64,000 nucleotides of DNA. Source: Bdellovibrionales bacterium (GTDB lineage Bacteria; Bdellovibrionota_C; UBA2361; SZUA-149; JAGRAN01). Each line of letters begins with the position of its first letter. Positions within the stretch are counted from its first letter, which is position 1. The position numbers and the translations under genes were made by a program. The stretch is taken from contig JAGRAN010000007.1 in NCBI GenBank assembly GCA_020434585.1, positions 19,239 through 83,238 of the forward strand. The letters are read 5' to 3'. Under the pieces are notes generated by a model. It worked only from the letters and a program-made list of their open reading frames with translations. It was not told where the DNA came from and made no database searches. Below, piece by piece: positions 39,657 through 48,754 of this stretch.

Positions 39657-42509
39657 ATGGAAGCACAAGTGGCAAACACAAGCATGCAGGGAGCTGCACC
39701 AGCGCCGCGACAATCGCGGGTAACTAAGCGCGACGGAGCAATCGCCGAGTTCGACGAAAGGAGAATCCGTCGAGCGATCGAAAAAGCGTTCCGAGCTGAC
39801 TTGGAAATAGACGCTGACGCCACTCTCGAACCCAGTCTCGCAAAACAAATCGAACTCATCTCCCTGGACGTCGTTGGCGAAGTTCTCGAACCATCATTCG
39901 AGACAGGGGTCGATGTAGAATACATACAAGACGTCGTCGAAAAGAAGATCATGCTTTACGGCCATTATAGTGTGGCGCGGCGCTATATCCTCTATCGCGC
40001 TGAGCGAGCGAAGGCTCGCCTACTTCGCGGTGAAGCTGAATCCGGCAGAGAGAAGCCGGAATTTAACGTCGTCCTTGCAGACGGAACTATCGCCCCGCTT
40101 CGTTGGGATCGCATCATTCGAACGATAGAGGAAGCATGCCACGGACTACGCGAAACAGATCCAAATGCCTTAATCGAGGAAGTGAGCCGCTCAGTCTACA
40201 ACAACATTCCCGAAGCTGACCTCGAGCGAGCAACAGTGCTGGCCGCCAGGACAAGGATTGAACAGGATCCGGAGTACTCAGTTGTCGCAGCCAGACTCTT
40301 GCTAGACATTACCTACCGTGAAGTGTTCGAAGAAGAGCAGAACCTTGAAGGGTTCCAACAGCTTCACGCACAGAAGTTCGACGAATACATCAACAGGGGA
40401 ATTGAAGCAGAGCTGCTTTCGAAGGACCTGCTGCGTTACAACCTAGACACCTTGGCAAAAGCACTGAAGCCCGAACGCGACCTAGACTTCCTGTACCTTG
40501 GAATTCAAACCATCTACGATCGCTATCTGATTCACGTTAACAAGCGCCGAATCGAAGTTCCGCAGTTTATGTTTATGCGAGTCGCGATGGGTCTTGCACT
40601 AAACGAAGGTCCGCAAAAAGAACAGCGCGCAATTGAGTTCTACAACACGCTCTCGACGTTCAGGTTCGTGTCTTCGACTCCAACGCTGTTCAATTCTGGA
40701 ACACTCCACCCGCAGTTAAGCTCGTGCTACCTGTCGACTATTGGAGATGATCTGAACCACATCTTCAAAGTCGTCTCCGACAACGCTAAACTCTCGAAAT
40801 GGGCTGGCGGTATCGGCAACGACTGGACTAGCGTTCGCGCCACAGGCTCCAAAATCAAAGGCACAAACGGCGAAAGCCAAGGTGTTATCCCGTTTCTAAA
40901 AGTCGCTAATGACACTGCCGTTGCGGTAAACCAAGGCGGCAAACGCAAAGGAGCGGTCTGTGCTTATTTAGAAACATGGCACCTGGAGATCGAGGAGTTT
41001 CTGGAACTGCGCAAGAACACCGGTGACGACCGGCGCAGAACCCATGACATGAATACCGCTAACTGGATTCCGGACCTGTTTCTCAAGCGTGTCGCGGAAG
41101 GTGGTACTTGGACTCTGTTCAGCCCTGACGAAGTACCCGACTTACACGAAACGTACGGCAAGGACTTTGAGAAGCGCTACGTTGACTACGAACACAAGGC
41201 TGCCAGCGGCGAGATTCGGCTGTTTAAGCAAATTCCAGCGCTGCAGCTTTGGCGTAAGATGCTTTCGATGCTGTTCGAAACCGGACACCCCTGGGTCACT
41301 TTTAAGGATCCTTCAAACATTCGCTCACCACAGGATCATGCTGGCGTAGTTCACAATTCAAACCTCTGCACAGAGATCCTGCTAAACACATCCGAGGACG
41401 AAACCGCAGTTTGCAACCTCGGATCAGTGAATCTGGCTGCACATATGACTCCGCGAGGGATCGACAAGCAGCTCCTGCAGAAGACGATTCAAACCGCTGT
41501 TCGCATGCTGGACAACGTAATTGACATCAACTTCTATCCGACGGACGAGGCTAGGAATTCAAACCTGCGCCACCGCCCGGTCGGATTAGGCCTGATGGGC
41601 TTTCAGGATGCGCTTTATTCTCAGCGAATCAGCTACGCCAGCCACGACGCGGTTGAGTTCGCGGATGAGAGCATGGAGCTGATCTCGTACTACGCGATTC
41701 TTGCTTCAATTGATTTAGCAAGAGAACGCGGCGCGTATGCTTCTTACGAAGGCTCAAAGTGGAGTAAAGGCCTGCTGCCAATCGACACGCTGCGCCTGCT
41801 TGAAGAGGAACGTGGAAGTGAATACTTCTTGGTCGACACCAGCTCAAAACAAGACTGGGACCTAGTGCGCGCGGAACTTGCCAAGCACGGAATTCGCAAC
41901 AGCAACGTAATGGCCATCGCCCCGACTGCTACTATTGCCAATATTTCCGGTGTTACACAGTCGATTGAGCCGACCTATCGTAATTTGTTCGTTAAGTCGA
42001 ACCTCTCAGGCGACTTCACGGTCGTAAATCCGCATTTGGTTCAAGACCTCAAGAACCTACGTTTGTGGGATCAGGAGATGATTGACGACTTGAAGTATTT
42101 CGACGGCTCAATCCAGTCCATTCCCAGAGTACCCGGCGATTTGATGCGTCTATACATGACGTCCTTCGAAGTCGAACCTCAATGGTTAATTGAGTGCGCT
42201 AGTCGAAGGCAAAAGTGGATTGACATGGGTCAGTCGCTCAACCTCTACATCAAAAGTACCAGCGGAAAGCTGCTCAGCAATATGTATTTGCTTGCTTGGA
42301 AAAAAGGGTTGAAGACTACTTATTATCTCCGCTCTCTCGGTGCCACGCAGGTTGAGAAATCAAGCATTGATATCAACAAGCGTGGAATTCAGCCGCGATG
42401 GATGAAAAGCAAATCAGCGTCAAGCACAGTTGCTGTGGATCGAAGTGAACCGAAGCCGCAGGGCGCTTTTTGCGACCCCACGGATCCCGACTGTGAAGCG
42501 TGCCAGTAA
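39657..42509 (+). CDS. nrdA: Ribonucleoside-diphosphate reductase alpha subunit, class Ia, with N-terminal ATP-cone(s)
   Basis: ATP-cone [23 protein letters not shown], catalytic-core motifs (NLCTEI, the GLMG region) and a C-terminal Cys pair C..C. 950 aa. Confidence 0.95.
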   Translation: MEAQVANTSMQGAAPAPRQSRVTKRDGAIAEFDERRIRRAIEKAFRADLEIDADATLEPSLAKQIELISLDVVGEVLEPSFETGVDVEYIQDVVEKKIMLYGHYSVARRYILYRAERAKARLLRGEAESGREKPEFNVVLADGTIAPLRWDRIIRTIEEACHGLRETDPNALIEEVSRSVYNNIPEADLERATVLAARTRIEQDPEYSVVAARLLLDITYREVFEEEQNLEGFQQLHAQKFDEYINRGIEAELLSKDLLRYNLDTLAKALKPERDLDFLYLGIQTIYDRYLIHVNKRRIEVPQFMFMRVAMGLALNEGPQKEQRAIEFYNTLSTFRFVSSTPTLFNSGTLHPQLSSCYLSTIGDDLNHIFKVVSDNAKLSKWAGGIGNDWTSVRATGSKIKGTNGESQGVIPFLKVANDTAVAVNQGGKRKGAVCAYLETWHLEIEEFLELRKNTGDDRRRTHDMNTANWIPDLFLKRVAEGGTWTLFSPDEVPDLHETYGKDFEKRYVDYEHKAASGEIRLFKQIPALQLWRKMLSMLFETGHPWVTFKDPSNIRSPQDHAGVVHNSNLCTEILLNTSEDETAVCNLGSVNLAAHMTPRGIDKQLLQKTIQTAVRMLDNVIDINFYPTDEARNSNLRHRPVGLGLMGFQDALYSQRISYASHDAVEFADESMELISYYAILASIDLARERGAYASYEGSKWSKGLLPIDTLRLLEEERGSEYFLVDTSSKQDWDLVRAELAKHGIRNSNVMAIAPTATIANISGVTQSIEPTYRNLFVKSNLSGDFTVVNPHLVQDLKNLRLWDQEMIDDLKYFDGSIQSIPRVPGDLMRLYMTSFEVEPQWLIECASRRQKWIDMGQSLNLYIKSTSGKLLSNMYLLAWKKGLKTTYYLRSLGATQVEKSSIDINKRGIQPRWMKSKSASSTVAVDRSEPKPQGAFCDPTDPDCEACQ

Positions 42510-42530
42510 CCAAGGATAGGAGATTAAGTT

Positions 42531-43589
42531 ATGTCGTGCTGCAATGCTGCTGAAGAAGTGCAATCCTACGACTTAGAAAAGCGCATCAACGTAGAAGATA
42601 AACGGTTGATCAACTGCAAAGCGGTAGATGTTAACCAGCTAATGCCGCTGAAATACAGCTGGGCGTGGGAACACTACTTAAACGGCTGTGCCAATCACTG
42701 GATGCCGAACGAAGTACCGATGCAAAAGGACATCGAGCTGTGGAAGTCCGGCGCACTGACCATGCCGGAGCGGCTGGTAATTATGCGCAACCTCGGCTTC
42801 TTCAGCACTGGTGAAAGCCTGGTGGCAAACAACATCGTGTTGTCTATTTTCAAGTTCGTCACGAACCCCGAGGCGCGCCAGTATCTGCTGCGGCAAGCAT
42901 TTGAAGAAGCGATTCATACTCACGCGTTTCACTACATCGTGGAATCGCTGGGGCTCGATGGTCGGGAAGTCTTCAACATGTATCATGAAGTCGATTCGAT
43001 TAAAGGCAAGGACGAGTTTGTCATGGCCTTGACGTCCGACATCCTTGATCCCAATTTTTCGACAAACACAGTCGAAGGCCAGCAGAAGTTCCTTAAGAAC
43101 CTGGTCGGCTTTTACGTGATTATGGAGGGGATCTTCTTCTATAGCGGCTTCGTCATGATTCTGTCCTTCCACAGACAAAATCGAATGACCGGTATCGGCG
43201 AGCAGTTTCAATACATACTTCGCGATGAAACTATTCATTTGAATTTTGGCGTCGACCTGATTAACACAATCAAGTTCGAGAATCCTGATATCTGGACCCC
43301 CGAGCTGCAACGCGAAATTTACGACATGATCGATCAGGCGGTTAATTTCGAATACGCCTACGCTTGCGACTGTCTGCCAGATGGGGTTCTTGGTCTGAAT
43401 GCGGACATGTTCAAGGAGTATGTTGAATATGTGGCTGACCGGCGCTTAGAGCGAATCGGGCTTAAGAGTAAATATGGTTCGAAGAATCCGTTCCCTTGGA
43501 TGAGCGAAACGATGGACTTAACTAAAGAAAAGAATTTCTTTGAGACCCGCGTTACCGAATATCAGAGTGCTGGGTCACTAACCTGGTAA
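42531..43589 (+). CDS. nrdB: Ribonucleotide reductase beta subunit (ferritin-like di-iron/tyrosyl radical protein)
   Basis: It has the class I R2 fold signature (EAIHTHAF...[10 protein letters not shown]) and the R2 C-terminal tail. It starts 22 nt after nrdA. Confidence 0.95.
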   Translation: MSCCNAAEEVQSYDLEKRINVEDKRLINCKAVDVNQLMPLKYSWAWEHYLNGCANHWMPNEVPMQKDIELWKSGALTMPERLVIMRNLGFFSTGESLVANNIVLSIFKFVTNPEARQYLLRQAFEEAIHTHAFHYIVESLGLDGREVFNMYHEVDSIKGKDEFVMALTSDILDPNFSTNTVEGQQKFLKNLVGFYVIMEGIFFYSGFVMILSFHRQNRMTGIGEQFQYILRDETIHLNFGVDLINTIKFENPDIWTPELQREIYDMIDQAVNFEYAYACDCLPDGVLGLNADMFKEYVEYVADRRLERIGLKSKYGSKNPFPWMSETMDLTKEKNFFETRVTEYQSAGSLTW

Positions 43590-43618
43590 TCCCTTTCCTC
43601 CTATTGTCACGTGTCGAA

Positions 43619-43645
43619 GGCGTCCCTCACGGGACGCCTTTTTTT
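43619..43645 (+). terminator. Rho-independent terminator of nrdAB
   Basis: GGCGTCCC-tcac-GGGACGCC followed by TTTTTTT, 30 nt after the nrdB stop. Confidence 0.7.
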
Positions 43646-43647
43646 GC

Positions 43648-43995
43648 TTACGAATTGTTGAGTATCCGGGCAAAGATTTCTGCCGAAGAGATCTTAGCTC
43701 CTCGGGTAACAGTAGCAATGCCGACGCCCAGCTCATCCGCAATCTCCCGCTGCGGAGTCCCCTGGCGCAGCCGTTTAACTATCTCGAGTCGAGTTGGAAT
43801 TTCCTTTAACTCTGAGGGAGTTAACAAAGCTTCAAACAGACTATTCAGCTCCTTCTCGTCCGAGCAGACGCGAATCGCCTTAATCAGCTCCTTTAGCAAT
43901 CGAGTATATTCTTTACTCACAACGCATATCTCCAGACTTGAACAGTTGAAGGCTAGTACAGTATCAAGAACTTCGCGATTGACAATTTGTATCAA
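43648..43995 (-). CDS. YerC/YecD-family Trp-repressor-like protein
   Basis: EKELNSLFEALLTPSELKEIPTRLEIVKRLRQGTPQREIADELGVGIATVTRG matches the TrpR-like YerC family. Confidence 0.6.
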   Translation of the reverse strand: MIQIVNREVLDTVLAFNCSSLEICVVSKEYTRLLKELIKAIRVCSDEKELNSLFEALLTPSELKEIPTRLEIVKRLRQGTPQREIADELGVGIATVTRGAKISSAEIFARILNNS

Positions 43996-44147
43996 TATAC
44001 TAGTATGCTAGTCCACTGATGCGCTCTTTCCCAGCTGAATCTCGTTAGACCCCCCAGGCAGCGTCCGGAGGCAACATCCGGTCGCTGTCTGGCAGTAACT
44101 AGCCGAAAAGGGTTTTCGGATAGGGAAATCTCTGTCCCCAGTGGCCC

Positions 44148-44768
44148 ATGACCACCCTTCTGGTCATGAGGAAGAAAGGAAGGTGTCAAGTGACCGAACC
44201 TCCCAACTTCAGGATCGAACTCCTGGAGGGGCGAGCGGCTCTCGAGCACGTTCCCTGCTTCGCTCGAGCTCAGGTCGAAGTCTTCGGACAACCGCCCTGG
44301 AATCTGAAGTGGTACGAGGGATCGGTCGACGACCCCAAGTCTGCTCTCGGATTCCACACTTGGGCGGCCAACAACGACTCGGCCTATCTCGGAGCGTACG
44401 CAGGTGACCAGCTCGCGGGGTTCGCTGTTGGTCTGGCTCTCAACGAGGATGTCATCCGAACGCTCGAACTCGATCAGTTCGGCGCGGCCCCCGGTGACTA
44501 CTACTTCCTGGTTGCGTGCGTGCTTCCCTCGTTCCGCCGTCAGGGCCTTTACTGGCTTCTGATCGAGCGGCGCATGGAGCTGGCCCGCGCTAAGAAGAGT
44601 CCGACACTGTGGGTTCGCACCCACGTTGATAGCACGACCGTCACGCGCTACTACCGCGAAGAGCACGGATTCGACGAAGTCGCTCGCTACACCACCGTTG
44701 ACTACGGATTCGTCACCGTTCCCCGAGTCGTCCTGCGCAAGGTCGTCCTCGCGGAAGCACCGGTCTGA
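44148..44768 (+). CDS. GNAT-family N-acetyltransferase on a GC-rich island
   Basis: FRRQGLYWLLIERRMELA is acetyl-CoA-binding motif A (Q/RxxGxG/A-like). Codon usage is GC3-biased. The likely start is GTG 44190, with GGAAGG 6 nt upstream. The antisense ORF 43992..44804 is a GC artefact. Confidence 0.6.
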   Translation: MTTLLVMRKKGRCQVTEPPNFRIELLEGRAALEHVPCFARAQVEVFGQPPWNLKWYEGSVDDPKSALGFHTWAANNDSAYLGAYAGDQLAGFAVGLALNEDVIRTLELDQFGAAPGDYYFLVACVLPSFRRQGLYWLLIERRMELARAKKSPTLWVRTHVDSTTVTRYYREEHGFDEVARYTTVDYGFVTVPRVVLRKVVLAEAPV

Positions 44769-44880
44769 CGACCATCCAGTTTTGACAGACAGATCGTCGG
44801 ACACAGAGTATGTGTCTGTCCCAGCGTTACATCGGCAACTGCCATGCAGCGCTCAATTTCGAGCGCCTGGAACCATGACG

Positions 44881-45966
44881 CTATTCACCCTGAGTCTGAT
44901 CCTCAGAATTCGAAGATTCTTTTTGCTGGCGTGCGAGTCGGCGCCTGCGCCTGCGACGCGCAAGTTTTTGGGCGTGGGCACGCATATCTTCTATCGTATC
45001 GTATTCGTCCACAATCTCGACACCGACCACTTCCTCCAATACATCTTCCAGCGTGACAATTCCCGCGAAACCACCGTGCTCATCAACTACCGTGCAAATT
45101 TGCTCGTGTGATTCAAACATCTCTTCGAGCAGCTGATCGAGCGAGATAAATTCCGGCACGGCCCGCATCGGACGAGCAACTTCTTTCAGCATTTTAGTCT
45201 CTTCGCCACGCAGCAGTGCGCGGTATATATCCCGCTGTAGAATAAAGTGGGTCACCGTATCTGGGTCTTTAGGATCGTAAAGTGGAATTCGAGAAAAATT
45301 TAACTTCTCGAGTTCCGGGGCAATGTCGCGAAGCTGTAGATTTTCGTCGAGCCTAAATACGACAACACGAGGAGTCAAAACATCCTTGGCCATCGAATTT
45401 TCGAGACCGATGATGTTCTCGATTACGGTGCCCTCAAGAGCGTCCAGCACTCCCTCTTCCTTGCCCATGGCTGTTAAAGAGAGCACTTCCTCTTCAGAAA
45501 CAAGCGGTTCATCGCTCTCACCAAAACGGCGCGATACTTGTTCCGTGATCACAACCAGCGGATATATTATCTTAATCAAAAACGCTAGCGGCAGTGCTAT
45601 CATCGGCGCTACTTGCCGAGAATAAGTTACGCCGATCTGCTTCGGAATAATTTCGCTCAAATACAAAATCAATAGCGTAAAAACTACAGAAAAAATCCAA
45701 ACGCCGGACTCACCGAACAAAGCTGCAGCTGCAGCTCCTGACACTGCGGCACCGACAGTATGGGAGATGGTGTTTAGGATTAAAATCGCACCGATGGGCT
45801 TGCCGATTTCGTTCTTAAAACGAAGCAGCGTCTGACCTGCCCGAGATCCGCTGTCTGCAAGGTGACGAACATGGGGTAAAGGAACAGCAAACAACGCTGC
45901 TTCCATTAAAGAACACGTGGCCGATATAAACAAAGCTACGCCAACAGCAACAACTAGAAATGTCAT
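44881..45966 (-). CDS. CNNM/CorC/TlyC-family transporter (DUF21 membrane domain, CBS pair, CorC_HlyC)
   Basis: Four N-terminal TM helices, tandem CBS motifs and a C-terminal transporter-associated domain. Confidence 0.85.
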   Translation of the reverse strand: MTFLVVAVGVALFISATCSLMEAALFAVPLPHVRHLADSGSRAGQTLLRFKNEIGKPIGAILILNTISHTVGAAVSGAAAAALFGESGVWIFSVVFTLLILYLSEIIPKQIGVTYSRQVAPMIALPLAFLIKIIYPLVVITEQVSRRFGESDEPLVSEEEVLSLTAMGKEEGVLDALEGTVIENIIGLENSMAKDVLTPRVVVFRLDENLQLRDIAPELEKLNFSRIPLYDPKDPDTVTHFILQRDIYRALLRGEETKMLKEVARPMRAVPEFISLDQLLEEMFESHEQICTVVDEHGGFAGIVTLEDVLEEVVGVEIVDEYDTIEDMRAHAQKLARRRRRRRLARQQKESSNSEDQTQGE

Positions 45967-46160
45967 GTTATCTGCAAACTGCCTCCGATTATTCGAGCCT
46001 CAACACCTATGGACCACTCTATCGCCAGGAACCGCCGACTTACAATGACCAAATATCTGACTTTGTTTATTGGAATTTACCTAATTCTTGCCCTTCCTCA
46101 AAATCGCGCTAGTCTGGTGTGCTAGATTTCACAGACTGGACTTACTAGGAGCAAATTCGC

Positions 46161-46748
46161 ATGAAAAGTGTTTTCGCCGCACTGGCAGCCGTAATTTTAC
46201 TACCCTGGACTTCGTACGCACAGATGTACGACATCGACAGCGCTCACACCCGAGTAGGCTTCGAGATCGGGCACTTGGGGATCAGCACCGTGCGCGGCCA
46301 GTTCGGAGAGTTTTCCGGCTCGTTTAAGTTTGACGAGAAAAAGCCCTCCAACTCGATGGCAGTAGCCGAAATCAACGTCGGCAGCATCGATACCAACAAC
46401 GACAAACGGGACACTCATTTGCGCTCCGAGGAGTTTTTCAATTCGCAAAAGTTCCCTGTCATGAAGTTTAAATCCACTGAGGTGCAGAAGGTCGGTGACG
46501 GCCATCTCAAAGTTAAGGGCGATCTGACGATCGGCAATGTGACCAAACCCGTAACTCTCGATACCCAGCTGAAAGGCAAAGTTACCGATCCATGGGGCAA
46601 CGAGCGCGTTGGATTTAAAGCAACCACGAAACTTGATCGAAGGGACTACGGCCTAACTTGGAGTAAACTGCTCGAAACTGGAGGGTTGGTTGTTGACAAT
46701 GAAGTAACCGTCCTAATCGACGTGGAAGGGATTGCCCAAAAAAGCTAG
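46161..46748 (+). CDS. yceI: YceI-family periplasmic protein
   Basis: Signal peptide, then YDIDSAHTRVGFEIGHLGISTVRGQF...VDNEVTV, which is the YceI-like beta-barrel. Confidence 0.85.
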   Translation: MKSVFAALAAVILLPWTSYAQMYDIDSAHTRVGFEIGHLGISTVRGQFGEFSGSFKFDEKKPSNSMAVAEINVGSIDTNNDKRDTHLRSEEFFNSQKFPVMKFKSTEVQKVGDGHLKVKGDLTIGNVTKPVTLDTQLKGKVTDPWGNERVGFKATTKLDRRDYGLTWSKLLETGGLVVDNEVTVLIDVEGIAQKS

Positions 46749-47833
46749 GCTTGTTTTATCTGCTCACAGAGTGCGCGGTGCTTCTCGCAGCCAAGAATTG
46801 CCGCGTGCTCTCTAGGATCCTCAGCGGAGACATCCAATTCCGCGGCAAACTTCCGTAAGGCACTTACACGATTAAGAGCTTCGTCTACCTTGGCTGCCGG
46901 CAGCGCTCCGGTCTTTATCGCTGCTGTTATCCCGTTCGCCATAGAAATAGCATGCTCAACAGGCTTCCTGTCCTTTGGGTTGCCGGCGAGCAGGAGATCG
47001 ACTCCAGCATTCAATGCCTGCACCCCTCGCTGCTCCAAGCTCACTCCCGCAGCACCAAGCATTTCAAGGTCATCACTGATAACAGTATAGGGAAAGCGCA
47101 AGTCTTTGCGAAGTAAGCCTTCGATAATCGATGAAGAAAAAGTCGCTGGACTCACTTTATCTAGTTGTGGATAGAGGACATGAGCACTCATCATTAAACG
47201 CAATCCAGCATCGATTGAAGACTTGAATGGTATAAGCTCACGTTCTTCTAGTTGTCGCTTCGAAACATCTAAGACCGGCAATTCCTCATGGGAATCCGCG
47301 AACGTCGCCCCGTGACCAGGAAAATGTTTACCGCAAGCTACAACGCCCTCAGAGTGCAGAGTGCTAATTACGACAGCGCCTGCCGAAGCTACACTTTGGG
47401 GATCGCTTGAAAAGGCACGATCGCCAATTACTTTGTTTGTGGGTTCAGACAAGACATCCAATACCGGAGCAAAACTTAAGTTAAAGCCTAGAGAGCGTAG
47501 CTCCTGAGCCATGGCCCGAGTGGCATCTTCAGCGTAATCACCCCATGCAGCAGCAGCGGGAAAGCGAGTCACCGGATCCGGGAATCGATGAACACGCCCA
47601 CCTTCGTGGTCAATACTTATTAAAAGATCATCACGACTGATCGCACTCTTGGCATCTGCCAATAGCGAAACCAGCGAATCCTGCCAGCATGCGCTGCTCG
47701 TATCAATGTTGTGCTTAAAAAGTATTATTCCGCTCGGACGGAGCAGACTGAGCTGCTCAGCCTCCTGCTTAGATAAGCTGCTGCCGCTTAAGCCGGTTAC
47801 AAATAGCGAGCCAATTTGCATTTGATCGTTCAT
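46745..47833 (-). CDS. nagZ: Beta-N-acetylhexosaminidase NagZ (GH3)
   Basis: KHFPGHG...D(S/T)H is the GH3 catalytic region, with the size and domain pattern of NagZ. It overlaps the yceI stop by 4 nt in convergent orientation. Confidence 0.85.
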   Translation of the reverse strand: MNDQMQIGSLFVTGLSGSSLSKQEAEQLSLLRPSGIILFKHNIDTSSACWQDSLVSLLADAKSAISRDDLLISIDHEGGRVHRFPDPVTRFPAAAAWGDYAEDATRAMAQELRSLGFNLSFAPVLDVLSEPTNKVIGDRAFSSDPQSVASAGAVVISTLHSEGVVACGKHFPGHGATFADSHEELPVLDVSKRQLEERELIPFKSSIDAGLRLMMSAHVLYPQLDKVSPATFSSSIIEGLLRKDLRFPYTVISDDLEMLGAAGVSLEQRGVQALNAGVDLLLAGNPKDRKPVEHAISMANGITAAIKTGALPAAKVDEALNRVSALRKFAAELDVSAEDPREHAAILGCEKHRALCEQIKQA

Positions 47834-47991
47834 AAAAGCTCCGTTCTCTTGCAGCTTACGCTAGATGAACGGAAGAAGACAACGGATACAAGCGGTTAGC
47901 GTTGAGATTTCTGCTTGTTCCGGCGCTTGTCACCAGGCTGTAACTCAACTAAGATTTGCTGCCTTCGCGCGATTGAAAATGGAGACATCGG

Positions 47992-48735
47992 ATGAGAATA
48001 CTTACGGCAGCCCTGCTGTGTTTTATAATTGCCAGCGCATCATATTCTTCTACTGTCGCTACAATTATTTTCGGTAAAAGCGGCCTGCCGGACTACAGTT
48101 TAATTCTTATTCTACTGAGCACTTATTTGATGCTGGAAGGAATTTACGCCATTGAGAAAGAACGTCAGCAGCAGAGCGAACAGCTGAGAGACGACGCGAG
48201 GCGCCACCTACGATCATACGAAAAGGCAGAAAATGCGAAAAACCAAGATGATTCAGAAAACGAAAAGCTGAAACTTGCGCTGCGCGACGCAGAGACTAAG
48301 CTAAATGAGCTTCGCCGTGATGCTGAGAAGGGCGGAACAAATATTAACGCCGAGATCGTAAATTTTCTTGGCATCCTGCAAGAGCAAGGCCGTCTGGTTG
48401 ATTTCTTGATGGACGACATTACTGCCTATGACGATGCTCAAGTCGGTTCCGCAGCAAGAGTAGTGCACCAAGGCTGCCGAGAATTACTAGATCAGTATTT
48501 CGAGATAGCGCCTGTATTCGAAGGTAACGAAGGCTCGTCGACTGAGCTTGGAGATGATTTCAGCACCCAGATGTACCGGATCGTCGGAACAAGCGGCGGT
48601 CAGCCCCCATACAAGGGAACCGTAGTCCATCGCGGATGGCGCACGGCCAAGGTCAACATACCGAAAGTTTCAGCCTCTCTCACCAGCGGCGAACCGCTGG
48701 ATATTATCGCCCCCGCTCAAGTAGAAGTCGATTAG
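47992..48735 (+). CDS. DUF2760-like protein (N-terminal TM helices plus a coiled-coil domain), partner of the Hsp70-like gene
   Basis: Two N-terminal TM helices, a charged coiled coil and a conserved C-terminal domain. It sits 20 bp upstream of an atypical Hsp70 gene. The DUF2760 assignment is from memory of that known gene pairing, not from a search. Confidence 0.5.
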   Translation: MRILTAALLCFIIASASYSSTVATIIFGKSGLPDYSLILILLSTYLMLEGIYAIEKERQQQSEQLRDDARRHLRSYEKAENAKNQDDSENEKLKLALRDAETKLNELRRDAEKGGTNINAEIVNFLGILQEQGRLVDFLMDDITAYDDAQVGSAARVVHQGCRELLDQYFEIAPVFEGNEGSSTELGDDFSTQMYRIVGTSGGQPPYKGTVVHRGWRTAKVNIPKVSASLTSGEPLDIIAPAQVEVD

Positions 48736-48754
48736 CTGTAATAACTCTGTTGTA

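Noticed and set aside
39552-39952. Two minus-strand ORFs (98 and 127 aa) across the nrdA leader and start
   Set aside because: They are antisense to nrdA's 5' end and leader, have no Shine-Dalgarno, and show a Ser/Arg/Cys-rich composition.
43992-44804. 270-aa minus-strand ORF antisense to the GNAT gene
   Set aside because: Ser/Asp/Gly/Arg-rich composition. It is an artefact of open frames in GC-rich sequence.
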